From Planctomycetota bacterium (GTDB lineage Bacteria; Planctomycetota; SZUA-567; H5-PLA8): DNA of 64,000 bases. Below the pieces are notes generated by a model that searched no databases, had not been told where the DNA came from, and worked only from the letters and a program-made list of their open reading frames with translations. This document shows positions 29,232 through 38,520 of this stretch, piece by piece. Location of the stretch: the NCBI GenBank assembly GCA_038227875.1, contig JBBRPR010000008.1:32001-96000 (forward strand). Direction: 5' to 3'. The translations under genes were made by a program, and so were the position numbers. Position 1 is the stretch's first letter, and every line of letters begins with the position of its first letter.

Positions 29232-30032
29232 ATGCCGACACTGCCGTCTCTACCTTTGCCGTGGAAGTTGCTGATCTCGATGTTCCTGATCGTGCTCTCC
29301 TCGGGGTTCGTCGTTTCTGAATTGTATCTCATGCACACGACGGAAATGGCGGACGGCAAAGCCGGCATGTCGCTGGACGACATCACGCTGACGTTTTACG
29401 GCAACCCCGATAAGACCCAGACTCGACTGAAGACGCAGGCGCTGGGCCCAATGAAGAAATATTTTTCCGCGGACGAAGAGCCCACCAAGTTGACTGAGGA
29501 GGAGAAGGCTGATCTCGACCGGCTGATCGCCTGGAACGACAAGGGTGCGCCCGAGAGCGAGTACTGGGACGTGAAAGAAAAAGCGAAGAAGCCCGGGGAG
29601 ATCTTCGGCATTCTCGACAAGCATTGCATCGATTGCCACAGTCCGACCGGCAAGAAGAAGGAGTCTCCGTTCGACAAGTATTCCGGCGTCGCAAAATTCA
29701 CGAAACCTGACGAAGGCATGGACAAAGGCCGACTGTTGATGCTTAGCCACGTTCATCTGCTGGGCATGGGCATGATGTTCCTGCTCGCCGGTTCGTTCGT
29801 CGCGGCGTCGGTCTGGCCGACGTGGATTCGCGCGCTGGTGATCGTTGGCGGACTGGGTTCGGTACTGGTCGATATTTTCGGCTGGTGGGGCGTGAAACTG
29901 GGCGGGCCGTCGTTTTCTCCGGTGGTGATGTTCGGCGGCGTTCTGATGGGCGGCTGTTTTGCCGCCGCGGTGTTCATCGCTTTCTTCGATATGTGGATCC
30001 GCAAGCCCAAGCCCGTATCGACGCCCGAATAA
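29232..30032 (+). CDS. membrane protein with one c-type heme motif
   Basis: N-terminal TM, CIDCH, SHVHLLG followed by three TM helices. Confidence 0.75.
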   Translation: MPTLPSLPLPWKLLISMFLIVLSSGFVVSELYLMHTTEMADGKAGMSLDDITLTFYGNPDKTQTRLKTQALGPMKKYFSADEEPTKLTEEEKADLDRLIAWNDKGAPESEYWDVKEKAKKPGEIFGILDKHCIDCHSPTGKKKESPFDKYSGVAKFTKPDEGMDKGRLLMLSHVHLLGMGMMFLLAGSFVAASVWPTWIRALVIVGGLGSVLVDIFGWWGVKLGGPSFSPVVMFGGVLMGGCFAAAVFIAFFDMWIRKPKPVSTPE

Positions 30033-30033
30033 C

Positions 30034-30962
30034 TTACTTCGTCACAAGTTTCTCGACGGCCGCCGCGAGTTCGTCGCCCTTGAGATCGACGTGCCGGATC
30101 AGGCCTTCGCGATCGATCACAAAGATTTTCGGGATCGGCATGATGCCCCATTTCAGGGCGATTTCGCTTTTCGAGTTCGCCGCGATAATGGTCGTCCACG
30201 TCACCTTTTTCTCTTTGAGCACGGCCTTGACGGGTTCGTCATCGGGATCGAGGTTCACGCCGGCGATCTCCAGGCCCCTATCGTGAAACTTTGCATAGAG
30301 CTTCACCACTCGGCCATGCAGACGGGGCAGTCGGTCGACCAGAACTCGAGCACCACGACTTTGCCCTTCCACGCGGCGAGCGAGAATTTCGCGCCGTTGA
30401 GATCGGTCTCCTCAATCGGGAAGGGCGGGTTGCCGGGCTTCAGAAGCTCTTCGGCCTTGCGCATGGCGGTGATGCGTTCGACGTAAACGTTGACCTGTTC
30501 GCTGACGGTGTCGTAGATTTCGGAGTCCAGCGGCTTGATCTTCTCAACGGCGGCGCGCGCAGCCTTGTCGTCTTTCTCTTCCAAGCGCGCGGTTGCGACC
30601 CAGACCCAGCAGAGAGCCACGGATTTTGGATCGACGCCCTTGGCCGGCGCGGTGTTTCCAGCGAGTTCCGCGAACTTTGCCGTATCCTTATCGTGCATGC
30701 GGTTGAGCAGGCTGGCGAGGGTCAGTGCGGCGCTGTAGCCTTCGGGCGTTTTCGGATGCAGCTTGGCGAAATCGCCGTAGCCGCTCTTCATCTTCTCGAT
30801 GAAGGCCAGCTTGTCGTTTTCCGGCGCGTCGTCGTTGGGCTGAAGGTCCTGAATCTTCTGCTGCAGGTCGGCGAATTCTTTGCTCAGATCCGGGGCTACT
30901 TCGGCGCACCCGGCATGAAGGGCAACAGACGCCAGCAGGACGGCGAGACACCACGGCTTCAT
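30034..30962 (-). pseudogene. TlpA/thioredoxin-like disulfide reductase, frameshifted right after the CPVC active site
   Basis: GKVVVLEFWSTDCPVCMAE then TGA; the other frame continues VVKLYAKFHDRGLEIAGVNLD..IPKIFVIDREG. Confidence 0.85.
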
Positions 30963-30964
30963 CG

Positions 30965-31951
30965 TTATTTGTCCTTGTCCAGATCCTTATTGTTCTGCGT
31001 CAACAATTTTGCAATCAGCGCCGGTAGTTCGTCGTCCTTGGGATTGACTGCGCGGATGATGCCCTTGCGATCGATCACGTAAAGGCGCGGCAGCGAGAGG
31101 ATGCCCCAGCGCTTAGCGATCGCGCCGTCGAAGCCCTTGTGATCGGAGATAATCGGCCAGGGAATTTCGTTCTCCTTGATCGCGGCCTTCAGTTCCTTCG
31201 CGTCCTGATCGATGCTGATGCCGACGATCTCGAGGCCCTTGGCATGGGCGGCTTTGTAAAGCTCGGTTAAATACGGAATTTCGGTCGCGGAGTTGGGTGA
31301 CCAGAAATCGATCAGCACCACTTTGCCCTTCCACTGCGCGAGTTCAAAATCCTTGCCGGCGACGTCCTGCGTCTCAATGGGAAACGGTTCATTGCCGGGT
31401 TTGAGCAGCGCGGAGACTTCCTTGTCGCGCGCGATTTTCTTCATCAGGTCGGTGACCTGAGGCGCGATTTTATCATAGATGTCTTTGCTCAGCGGTTTGA
31501 TTTTCTCCAAGCCGGCCAGCGCCCCTTCGGAATCGCCTTTTTCCAACCGGCCTTGCACAACCCAGACCCAACAGATGGCGACTTGCTTGACGTCGACCCC
31601 GGCGCTGGGCGCGCTGGCGACGGCCAGTTCGGCATACTTCAGTGAGTCCACATGATGAAACTGCGTCAGCAGCCCGGCGATGGCGGCGGCGGACTCGAAG
31701 CCTTCGGCGGTCTGCGGATATTTTTTGGCGAAGTTTTCGTAACGGTCCTTGGCCAGTTCCAGATACGCGATCAGATCTTCTTTCGAAGAGTCGTCGCCCG
31801 GCTTGCTCACTTCGAGATCTTTTTGCAGCGAGGCATATTCGCGTTTGCGCGCATCGACGCTGGAGACCGGATCAGCGGATTCGGCGGCCGCCAGCGGAGC
31901 GAATAAACTTGCGCAGACCAATGCCCACGCCACAAATTGTTTCAATACCAT
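30965..31951 (-). CDS. TlpA/redoxin-fold protein lacking the CxxC motif
   Basis: GKVVLIDFWSPNSATEIP, GLEIVGISID, LPRLYVIDRKG; paralog of 30034-30962. Confidence 0.85.
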   Translation of the reverse strand: MVLKQFVAWALVCASLFAPLAAAESADPVSSVDARKREYASLQKDLEVSKPGDDSSKEDLIAYLELAKDRYENFAKKYPQTAEGFESAAAIAGLLTQFHHVDSLKYAELAVASAPSAGVDVKQVAICWVWVVQGRLEKGDSEGALAGLEKIKPLSKDIYDKIAPQVTDLMKKIARDKEVSALLKPGNEPFPIETQDVAGKDFELAQWKGKVVLIDFWSPNSATEIPYLTELYKAAHAKGLEIVGISIDQDAKELKAAIKENEIPWPIISDHKGFDGAIAKRWGILSLPRLYVIDRKGIIRAVNPKDDELPALIAKLLTQNNKDLDKDK

Positions 31952-32142
31952 GCGTTTCCTTTCGAGAAGAGCCGCAGATACTAACCGCAAGAATGTCGGT
32001 GACGTATCGAATTTCTATCGAAAAAAATCGACGAAAGTGACAATGTCCGTCATTTAATTTGCAACGCGCTATAACAAGCAGCGGCAGCCCGTTGATGCAC
32101 TTTGGGCTTACGCCGTGACTTTGCTGCGACCGGTGGGCTGTT

Positions 32143-33927
32143 ATGTGGCGTCAGAATAGTATTAGATTTCAAGCAGCAGCGGTGCGCGTTCTGCACCGCG
32201 TGGGGACGCCACAGCGAGTCGGGCGTGGACTGGCCGTCGGTTTGTTCGCCGCAATGGCGCCGATTCCCGGACTGCGCGTGGTGCTCAGCCTGCTCATTGC
32301 GACCCTTGTCCGCGGCAGCCGGACGGTGGCGCTTACCACTCAATTCCTGAATCTGCTCATTGGCATCGTCCCGCTGGTCGCCGCGGAATTCTGGATCGGC
32401 CGGCTCTTCTATCGCGGCGCCATCGCCACTCAGGCCGACGCGCTGGCGCTGGTCCACACGATCGAAGAGCAGTGGCGTTGGATGCATCCGATCAACTCGT
32501 CGATGGAGGCGTGGCTTAATTGCCAGAATGCCGGCCCCGCGGTGATCGGTCCGCTGTTGATTGGCGTGCTGGCGCTCGGCGGAGTGGCCGCGGCGATTGG
32601 ATATCCCGTCGGCGTGATTTGCGCGGTGAAATTCTACGTCTACCGACTGCGCCGGAACGTGCGGCGTGGATTGTCACTCCACGCGCCCCGCGGGTTGCTC
32701 GTATTGCCATCGCCCACCACCGATGAAGCGCAGATATCGGAAAGCGCCGCGCTGAGGCGCTATGCGCTCCGTCCGCAGACGTACACCCGCGCGGATCGCA
32801 TCACGCTTCTACTCGACGGCTGCCAGGCGTATCCGGAGATGCTCCGCGCGATTGCAGAAGCGAAGGAAAGCGTGGCGCTGGAAACATATATATTGCGCGC
32901 GGACAAAACAGGCGAAAGTTTCGGTCGGGAACTCGCGAAGGCCGCGCGTCGCGGTGTAAAGGTGCGGTTACTGTACGACTTCGTCGGTGCGCTGGGGTTG
33001 CCGGAGAAGTTCATTCACGAATTGCTCGCCGCGAACGTACGCGTCAGTACGTATCGCCCGCTGACGACAGCGCTGGGGCGCTCGTTGTTTACGTTCCATC
33101 GGCGCGACCATCGGAAAATTCTGGTCGTGGATGATCGCGTCAGCTTCACCGGTGGAATCAACATCAGCCATGACAATGCCGCCGCATGCGACGGCGGAAT
33201 GGCCTGGCGCGACATGCATGTGCGCATCGAAGGTGCGGCTGTCGCGGCGCAATTGAAATCGCTGATCGATGAAACTTGGAAGACCGCCGACGCATTTCCG
33301 CCCATTTCAAAAGTTGATGCGCCGTCGGACGAGCAGCCGGATGAGAAATTTCCCCCGCTGCTGCCGGCAACAAGCAGCGACGTCCTCGTTCAGGTGATCA
33401 ACAACAAGGAATTTCTGCAGCGCTATCGTCTGCGACGGGCGTACCTGCACGCGATCCGTCATGCCCGGCGGTACATTCTGATCGAGAATGCATACTTCGT
33501 TCCCGACCGTGGCGTCCGCCGGGCGCTTTACCGCGCGGTCAAACGTGGCGTCACGGTCTCCGCGGGCGTGGCGATGTACAGCGACGTGAAGATTGTGGCG
33601 ATGGCCTCGCGGGCGCTGTACTCGGAGATGCTCAGCCACGGCGTGCGCCTCTTTGAATACCCGAGAAGCATGCTGCACAGCAAGGTGGCCGTGATCGATG
33701 ACGCGTGGGCGATTGTCAGTTCGTACAATCTCGATCACCGCAGTCTGCGTCACAATCTGGAAGCCGGCGTGCTGATCGTCAACAAACCCTTCGCGGTGGC
33801 GATGCGCGACCAGATTCTCAAGGACATCACGGAGAGCCGGGAAGTCACCCCCGAATTTCACGGCGCGCGGCCCTGGGACGAAGTGCTGATGGAATCGCTG
33901 GCGTACCAGGGGCGGTATTGGCTATAG
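32143..33927 (+). CDS. DUF2062-like membrane domain fused to cardiolipin synthase-type phospholipase D
   Basis: TPQRVGRGLAVGLF..PIPG N-terminus; two HKD motifs HRKILVVD and HSKVAVID. Confidence 0.88.
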   Translation: MWRQNSIRFQAAAVRVLHRVGTPQRVGRGLAVGLFAAMAPIPGLRVVLSLLIATLVRGSRTVALTTQFLNLLIGIVPLVAAEFWIGRLFYRGAIATQADALALVHTIEEQWRWMHPINSSMEAWLNCQNAGPAVIGPLLIGVLALGGVAAAIGYPVGVICAVKFYVYRLRRNVRRGLSLHAPRGLLVLPSPTTDEAQISESAALRRYALRPQTYTRADRITLLLDGCQAYPEMLRAIAEAKESVALETYILRADKTGESFGRELAKAARRGVKVRLLYDFVGALGLPEKFIHELLAANVRVSTYRPLTTALGRSLFTFHRRDHRKILVVDDRVSFTGGINISHDNAAACDGGMAWRDMHVRIEGAAVAAQLKSLIDETWKTADAFPPISKVDAPSDEQPDEKFPPLLPATSSDVLVQVINNKEFLQRYRLRRAYLHAIRHARRYILIENAYFVPDRGVRRALYRAVKRGVTVSAGVAMYSDVKIVAMASRALYSEMLSHGVRLFEYPRSMLHSKVAVIDDAWAIVSSYNLDHRSLRHNLEAGVLIVNKPFAVAMRDQILKDITESREVTPEFHGARPWDEVLMESLAYQGRYWL

Positions 33928-33974
33928 TTCTTCGTAGAATTCATGAGCACTTCAATTGCAGAGGGAATTTTGAA

Positions 33975-34916
33975 ATGACAAACATGCCGCTTCGCGTTCG
34001 TACGCTGGTGCTGGCTGCGCTCGTTGTTGTGGGCCGCTTTGCTTTCGCGGAAGCTCCTGCGGAAGAGCATCCAATGTCTCCGACGGTCGAGGCGGGCGCC
34101 AAGATGGTCGAGCTGTTTACGGAGAAGAATTGGTACGAAGGCCCGTCGTGGGACCCGGCGACCAAGAAGCTCTACTTCACCAAGTACACGAAGCAGAATC
34201 AACAGATCCTCCGCGTCGATGAGCCGGGTAAGACGACGGTGTGGATGGATCACACCGAGGACATTAACGGCACGTACGTCACCCATGAAGGACGGATGCT
34301 GGGCGCGCAGACGAACAAGCATTCCATCGTCAGCATGAAAATCGGCGCGACGGGCCCGGAGGACGTGAAGGTCCTCTTTCATGACGACACTCTGAATCAG
34401 CCCAACGACGTTCGCGAAGCTCCGAACGGCGACGTTTATTTCTCCGATCCCGACTTCGCCAAAAAGAAGAACAGCGCCGTGTATCTGGTCAAGCCCGACG
34501 GCAAAGGCACGAAGATCATCACCGACATGACGCTGCCCAACGGCCTGGTCGTGTCGCTCGACGGCAAGACGCTCTTCGTCAGTGACAGCGCCGAGAAGAC
34601 CTGGCGGGCCTACCCAATCAAGGCGGATGGCACGGTGGGTGAGGGAAAAGTATTCTTCGAACCGAAGACCGCCGACAAGCGCGATCCCGACGGCATGACC
34701 ATCGACGAAAAGGGCAATCTTTACTGCACGGGCCGAGGTGGGGTGTGGGTGGTGTCACCGGAAGGCAAGGAACTCGGCTTGATCCCGTTTAAGGAGCAGA
34801 GTTCCAACGTCTGCTTCGGCGGCGAGGATGGCAAGACGCTGTTTGTCACCAACGGCAATCGCGTGGTATCGCTACAGATGAATGTGTGCGGCGGGCAGTA
34901 CAAGAAGGGCAATTAG
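33975..34916 (+). CDS. SMP-30/gluconolactonase family protein
   Basis: EGPSW, PND, PNG, PDGMTID.KGNLY, NVCFGG.DGKTLF. Confidence 0.92.
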   Translation: MTNMPLRVRTLVLAALVVVGRFAFAEAPAEEHPMSPTVEAGAKMVELFTEKNWYEGPSWDPATKKLYFTKYTKQNQQILRVDEPGKTTVWMDHTEDINGTYVTHEGRMLGAQTNKHSIVSMKIGATGPEDVKVLFHDDTLNQPNDVREAPNGDVYFSDPDFAKKKNSAVYLVKPDGKGTKIITDMTLPNGLVVSLDGKTLFVSDSAEKTWRAYPIKADGTVGEGKVFFEPKTADKRDPDGMTIDEKGNLYCTGRGGVWVVSPEGKELGLIPFKEQSSNVCFGGEDGKTLFVTNGNRVVSLQMNVCGGQYKKGN

Positions 34917-35135
34917 AAATTCAAAATTAAAAATTCAAATACGCACGCGGAAGACAATGGTGCCACGGATGCGCGGACGCTTGAGCGTAGCAAAAACGTC
35001 CGCTCATCCGTGCGTTGCGCGACCTCTTATTCGGAACGCGTAACACACGGATGAATAAGTTTCTTCGCTACGCTCAGAAACTTATGCATCCATGGCACCA
35101 TTTCCTCCGCATACGTATTTTTCTTAATTTTTAAT
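34917..35135. repeat. nested inverted-repeat (REPIN/MITE-like) element between convergent genes
   Basis: aatggtgccacggatgc 34956-34972 / gcatccatggcaccatt 35086-35102; catccgtgcgttgcgcg / cgcgtaacacacggatg; AT-rich ends resemble those of 18575-18760. Confidence 0.75.
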
Positions 35136-35141
35136 CGCCCC

Positions 35142-36149
35142 TCACAGATCCTTGAACGCAAACGCCTTGTCGACCGGGATGCTCTTGCCGTCGGCTTCGG
35201 CGTAGGGGTAGATGAAAAAGTTCAGCGGGTCGCCGCTCTGCTTGGGCGCCAGATTCACATCGCGGCCGTTGGTGAAGTGGATTCGGTTGGCGTCGATGTT
35301 GCCGAAGAAGTAGTCCTTCTTCTCCGGATGCTTCTGCGCTTCCGACGCGTCCAGCGGCACCCAGCCAATGCCGCTGAGGTACGTCTTGGCCCAGCAATGG
35401 TAGCCACCGATCGGGCCGGTTTTGGTTTCGGGCTTGTCGGCGACGACATCGGGCAGCGGGAAACCCATCTCAAATTTCACCGGCACACCTTTGGTGCGGC
35501 CGATGGACATGACCAGCGCATGAAAATCCGTGCAGTTTCCAAACTTGGAATCGCACGCCCACTGCGTGCTGCCCGTGCCCCAACCTGGCTTGTCCTTGGG
35601 CTTGTCGTACTTCATGGAGCCCACGGCGTAGTCGTAAGCGGCCTTGGCGATCGCGGGCGGCGTTTTGGCACCATTAATTGCGGCGTCCGCGGTCTCCGTG
35701 AACTTTCCGCCGACCAGCACGAGCTTGTTGGCCTTCAGGTATTCGGCGTACTTCGTCTTTTCGTCGTCGCTGAGTTCACGCGCCTTGTCGATGTCCTTTG
35801 CGCTGATTTCGTGGCGATTGCATTCGACGGACATCGTCACGGTGAAGCCTTTGGCCTTGGCCGCATCGAGTTTCCAATGCGCCATCAGATTGTTCTGCAC
35901 GGGATCGGCGGCAACTTCGGGATGATCCGGACCGGAAAACTGGATGTTGCCGATTTCCTGATAGGTGTCCGTCTGCGGGACCGGGATCCACAGGTCGACG
36001 CTCTTCACGCCTTCCGGGACATCCTTAATTGTAGCTGTATACATGAACTGAAACTTGCGCGAATGAGCGCCGACGGGGACGTTTTCATCGGCAGCCTGAA
36101 CCAGGAGAGCGCCGCACATATATACGGGAACCAGTAGAGCGAGTCGCAC
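35142..36149 (-). CDS. secreted transglutaminase-like domain protein
   Basis: GTG start with GGAGGT SD; GNCTDFH, YHCWA, GWVPLD triad. Confidence 0.9.
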   Translation of the reverse strand: MRLALLVPVYMCGALLVQAADENVPVGAHSRKFQFMYTATIKDVPEGVKSVDLWIPVPQTDTYQEIGNIQFSGPDHPEVAADPVQNNLMAHWKLDAAKAKGFTVTMSVECNRHEISAKDIDKARELSDDEKTKYAEYLKANKLVLVGGKFTETADAAINGAKTPPAIAKAAYDYAVGSMKYDKPKDKPGWGTGSTQWACDSKFGNCTDFHALVMSIGRTKGVPVKFEMGFPLPDVVADKPETKTGPIGGYHCWAKTYLSGIGWVPLDASEAQKHPEKKDYFFGNIDANRIHFTNGRDVNLAPKQSGDPLNFFIYPYAEADGKSIPVDKAFAFKDL

Positions 36150-36339
36150 AGTAGAAACCTCCAAAAAAGGATTATGAGCTACGCATAACCTATGCAGGCA
36201 GGGCGATATTCCAAGTAGGTTTGTCAAAACGACACATTGAAATTTCCCAGGACAAATTGATCCTGGCGAAACGTCGTGAGTCAACGGCTTCCGCTAATTT
36301 AAGTTCAAGGTCTTCAAGCAATTACGCAGTTGAGTCGCT

Positions 36340-36354
36340 TGGCACGGCTGATGC
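36340..36354 (+). promoter_or_regulatory. sigma-54 (-24/-12) promoter of the hsp20 pair
   Basis: TGGCAC-GGCTG-ATGC upstream of ATG 36413. Confidence 0.6.
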
Positions 36355-36412
36355 TTTCCTGTTTCACGTGTTGAACGTCAAACACAGTCGAAAAATCAGG
36401 GAGGACAAAACG

Positions 36413-36826
36413 ATGGTTACATGGGACCCCATTCGAGAACTTGAACGCTTCCAGCATGAACTGGATCACCTCTTCACCGGGCCAAGCGGCACGGTACATC
36501 AATATCCGTCCGTCAATGTATGGACCACCGAAAATGAAGCGTATCTGACCGCGGAATTGCCGGGCATGGAAGCCAGCGATCTCGACATTTCCGTGCTGGG
36601 TCAGAAGGTCACGCTCAGCGGCAAGCGCCAGCCTCGCGAGATGAACGAAAACGAACGACTTCACCGGCGCGAAAGACTGTCGGGAACCTTTACCCGCACG
36701 TTGCAGATGCCCTTTCGAGTGGATGCAGAGAAGGTCGCGGCTCAATTGGAAAATGGTGTGCTGACCGTAACGCTGCCGCGCGCCGAAGACGATAAGCCGA
36801 AGAAGATTTCCATCCAAATCGCCTGA
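36413..36826 (+). CDS. Hsp20/alpha-crystallin family small heat shock protein
   Basis: AELPG, RRER..GTFTRT, A.LENGVLTVTLP. Confidence 0.95.
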   Translation: MVTWDPIRELERFQHELDHLFTGPSGTVHQYPSVNVWTTENEAYLTAELPGMEASDLDISVLGQKVTLSGKRQPREMNENERLHRRERLSGTFTRTLQMPFRVDAEKVAAQLENGVLTVTLPRAEDDKPKKISIQIA

Positions 36827-36861
36827 TAAAATCATCAACCAGAGTCACTTTTTGAAGGAGC

Positions 36862-37284
36862 ATGACCATGACCGAAGCAACACCGACCACACCCGCGAAC
36901 ACGGAACTGAAAACGCCGGAGGTTCAGTCCGCCGAATCGCCGCGCGCGCGCCGGGTTTTCATGCCCCGCGCGGATATCTATGAGACGCCGGAAGCCATCG
37001 TGGTTCTGGCTGAAATGCCCGGAGTAGACGAGAAGCGCGTCGACATCACAGTGGAGAAGAACATCCTGACGCTCAGCGGCCGGGTCGATCCAGGTCCGTT
37101 GCCGCACGGCGCGCGTCTCGCCTATGAAGAGTACGAAATCGGCGACTATCGCCGCTCCTTTACGCTCACCGATCAGGTCGACAAGGAACGTATCGAAGCG
37201 TCGTTGAAGCAGGGCGTGCTGAAAGTTACGCTGTCGAAGATCGCCCCGGCCCAGCCGAAGAAGATCAGCGTAAAAGTGAACTAA
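36862..37284 (+). CDS. Hsp20/alpha-crystallin family small heat shock protein
   Basis: PRADIYE, AEMPGV, YRRSFTL, ASLKQGVL. Confidence 0.95.
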   Translation: MTMTEATPTTPANTELKTPEVQSAESPRARRVFMPRADIYETPEAIVVLAEMPGVDEKRVDITVEKNILTLSGRVDPGPLPHGARLAYEEYEIGDYRRSFTLTDQVDKERIEASLKQGVLKVTLSKIAPAQPKKISVKVN

Positions 37285-37295
37285 TTACTTCGTGC

Positions 37296-37325
37296 GTTGC
37301 GTGAGCCGCGAAAGGCTCACGCAAC
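37296..37325. terminator. 12-bp stem hairpin between convergent genes
   Basis: gttgcgtgagcc-gcgaaa-ggctcacgcaac. Confidence 0.6.
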
Positions 37326-37338
37326 ACCGAGGTATTGT

Positions 37339-38343
37339 TCAGGTGACCCAGCGCCGCTGACGCAGGGTGGCGATCAGGACTTTTTCGATCGACGTATCGC
37401 AACGCTCAAACAGACACGCGCCGCCGCGCCGCTTGAAGGCTTCTTCGACGGTCTGGCGGTGGGCTTCCAGTTCGTGCGTGTAGCGCAACCCGAGATCGCC
37501 GGACGCGGAGAGCGTGACCTCGCCGTCTTCTTCCACGGAGCGGGCGAGCAGTTCCCCTTCGACGTCCGGCTGTAGCTCCTCCGGCGCGAGCACGTGAATG
37601 CCGGAGATGTCGTACCCCGCCGCGGAGAGCCGGGCGAGAGCCGCCACGACTTCTTCTTCTGCTTGCCAGAAGTCGCTGATGACGATCGTCCGCCCGCGCG
37701 CGGAGCTGTGCTTTAGAAAATTGGAGACGGCTTTCGCGAGAAATTGTTCCGGCGCCGCGGATGCTCCCACTTCACGCCCAGGAACGACTGGCGCGACCGG
37801 GAGCGCCGCGTCCACTTCGGCCTTCTCCAGAAAATCCATGCAGACGCGAATTCCGCCCTTGGTGCCGCGCTTGGGAAATTGCTCCAACGTGCCATCGCCG
37901 CGGAAGACGTAGAAGTACACGCTGTCCTTGCTCGCATACGCCACGTGCGCGAACAACGCCGCGACACGCCGCGCGAACGTCCACTTCGACGGTGTCCCGA
38001 GACTCATCGACGGCGTCGCATCGAGCAGGATGTGGAGCACGCCTGCCTCTTCGCGCGCGAATTCTTTCACGTACGGTTTGCCCAGACGCGCGTACGTATT
38101 CCAGTCGACGTAGCGCAGCTCATCGCCAGGCGAGTAACTGCGGTGCCCGTGAAATTCCAACTGCCCGCCCTTGTACGCGCCGAGCCGATGCCCTTCGCGC
38201 AACCCGCCGCCCATGGCCTTGAGCGCGACGAGCCGCAATCTTTCCAGCGACGCCAGAAAATCCGGCGGAAAGACAAGGTCGCTGTGCGCGGCGGACTTCT
38301 GCGCGCGCGGGGAGAGTGAGAGGAGGCGGTCGAACCAGCTCAT
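37339..38343 (-). CDS. DUF58 domain protein (vWA-like)
   Basis: EFHGHRSYSPGDELRYVDWN, LLDATPSM, VISDF. Confidence 0.9.
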   Translation of the reverse strand: MSWFDRLLSLSPRAQKSAAHSDLVFPPDFLASLERLRLVALKAMGGGLREGHRLGAYKGGQLEFHGHRSYSPGDELRYVDWNTYARLGKPYVKEFAREEAGVLHILLDATPSMSLGTPSKWTFARRVAALFAHVAYASKDSVYFYVFRGDGTLEQFPKRGTKGGIRVCMDFLEKAEVDAALPVAPVVPGREVGASAAPEQFLAKAVSNFLKHSSARGRTIVISDFWQAEEEVVAALARLSAAGYDISGIHVLAPEELQPDVEGELLARSVEEDGEVTLSASGDLGLRYTHELEAHRQTVEEAFKRRGGACLFERCDTSIEKVLIATLRQRRWVT

Positions 38344-38358
38344 CGAAAGCCCTCTTAA

Positions 38359-38510
38359 ATCTCACGCAAAGCCGCAAAGACGCCAAGAACTGCAAAAGAA
38401 CTGATGGGACTTTTACTTTCAGTTCCCTAGCCCCGATCCACGGCCCCAGACCCATTAATTTAGCAGTTGTTCTTTCCTGTTCTTTGCGTCTTAGCGGCTT
38501 TGCGTGAGAT
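38359..38510. repeat. inverted pair of the 32-bp REP-like repeat
   Basis: 38359-38390 and 38479-38510 in opposite orientation. Confidence 0.85.
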
Positions 38511-38520
38511 CAAAAACACT

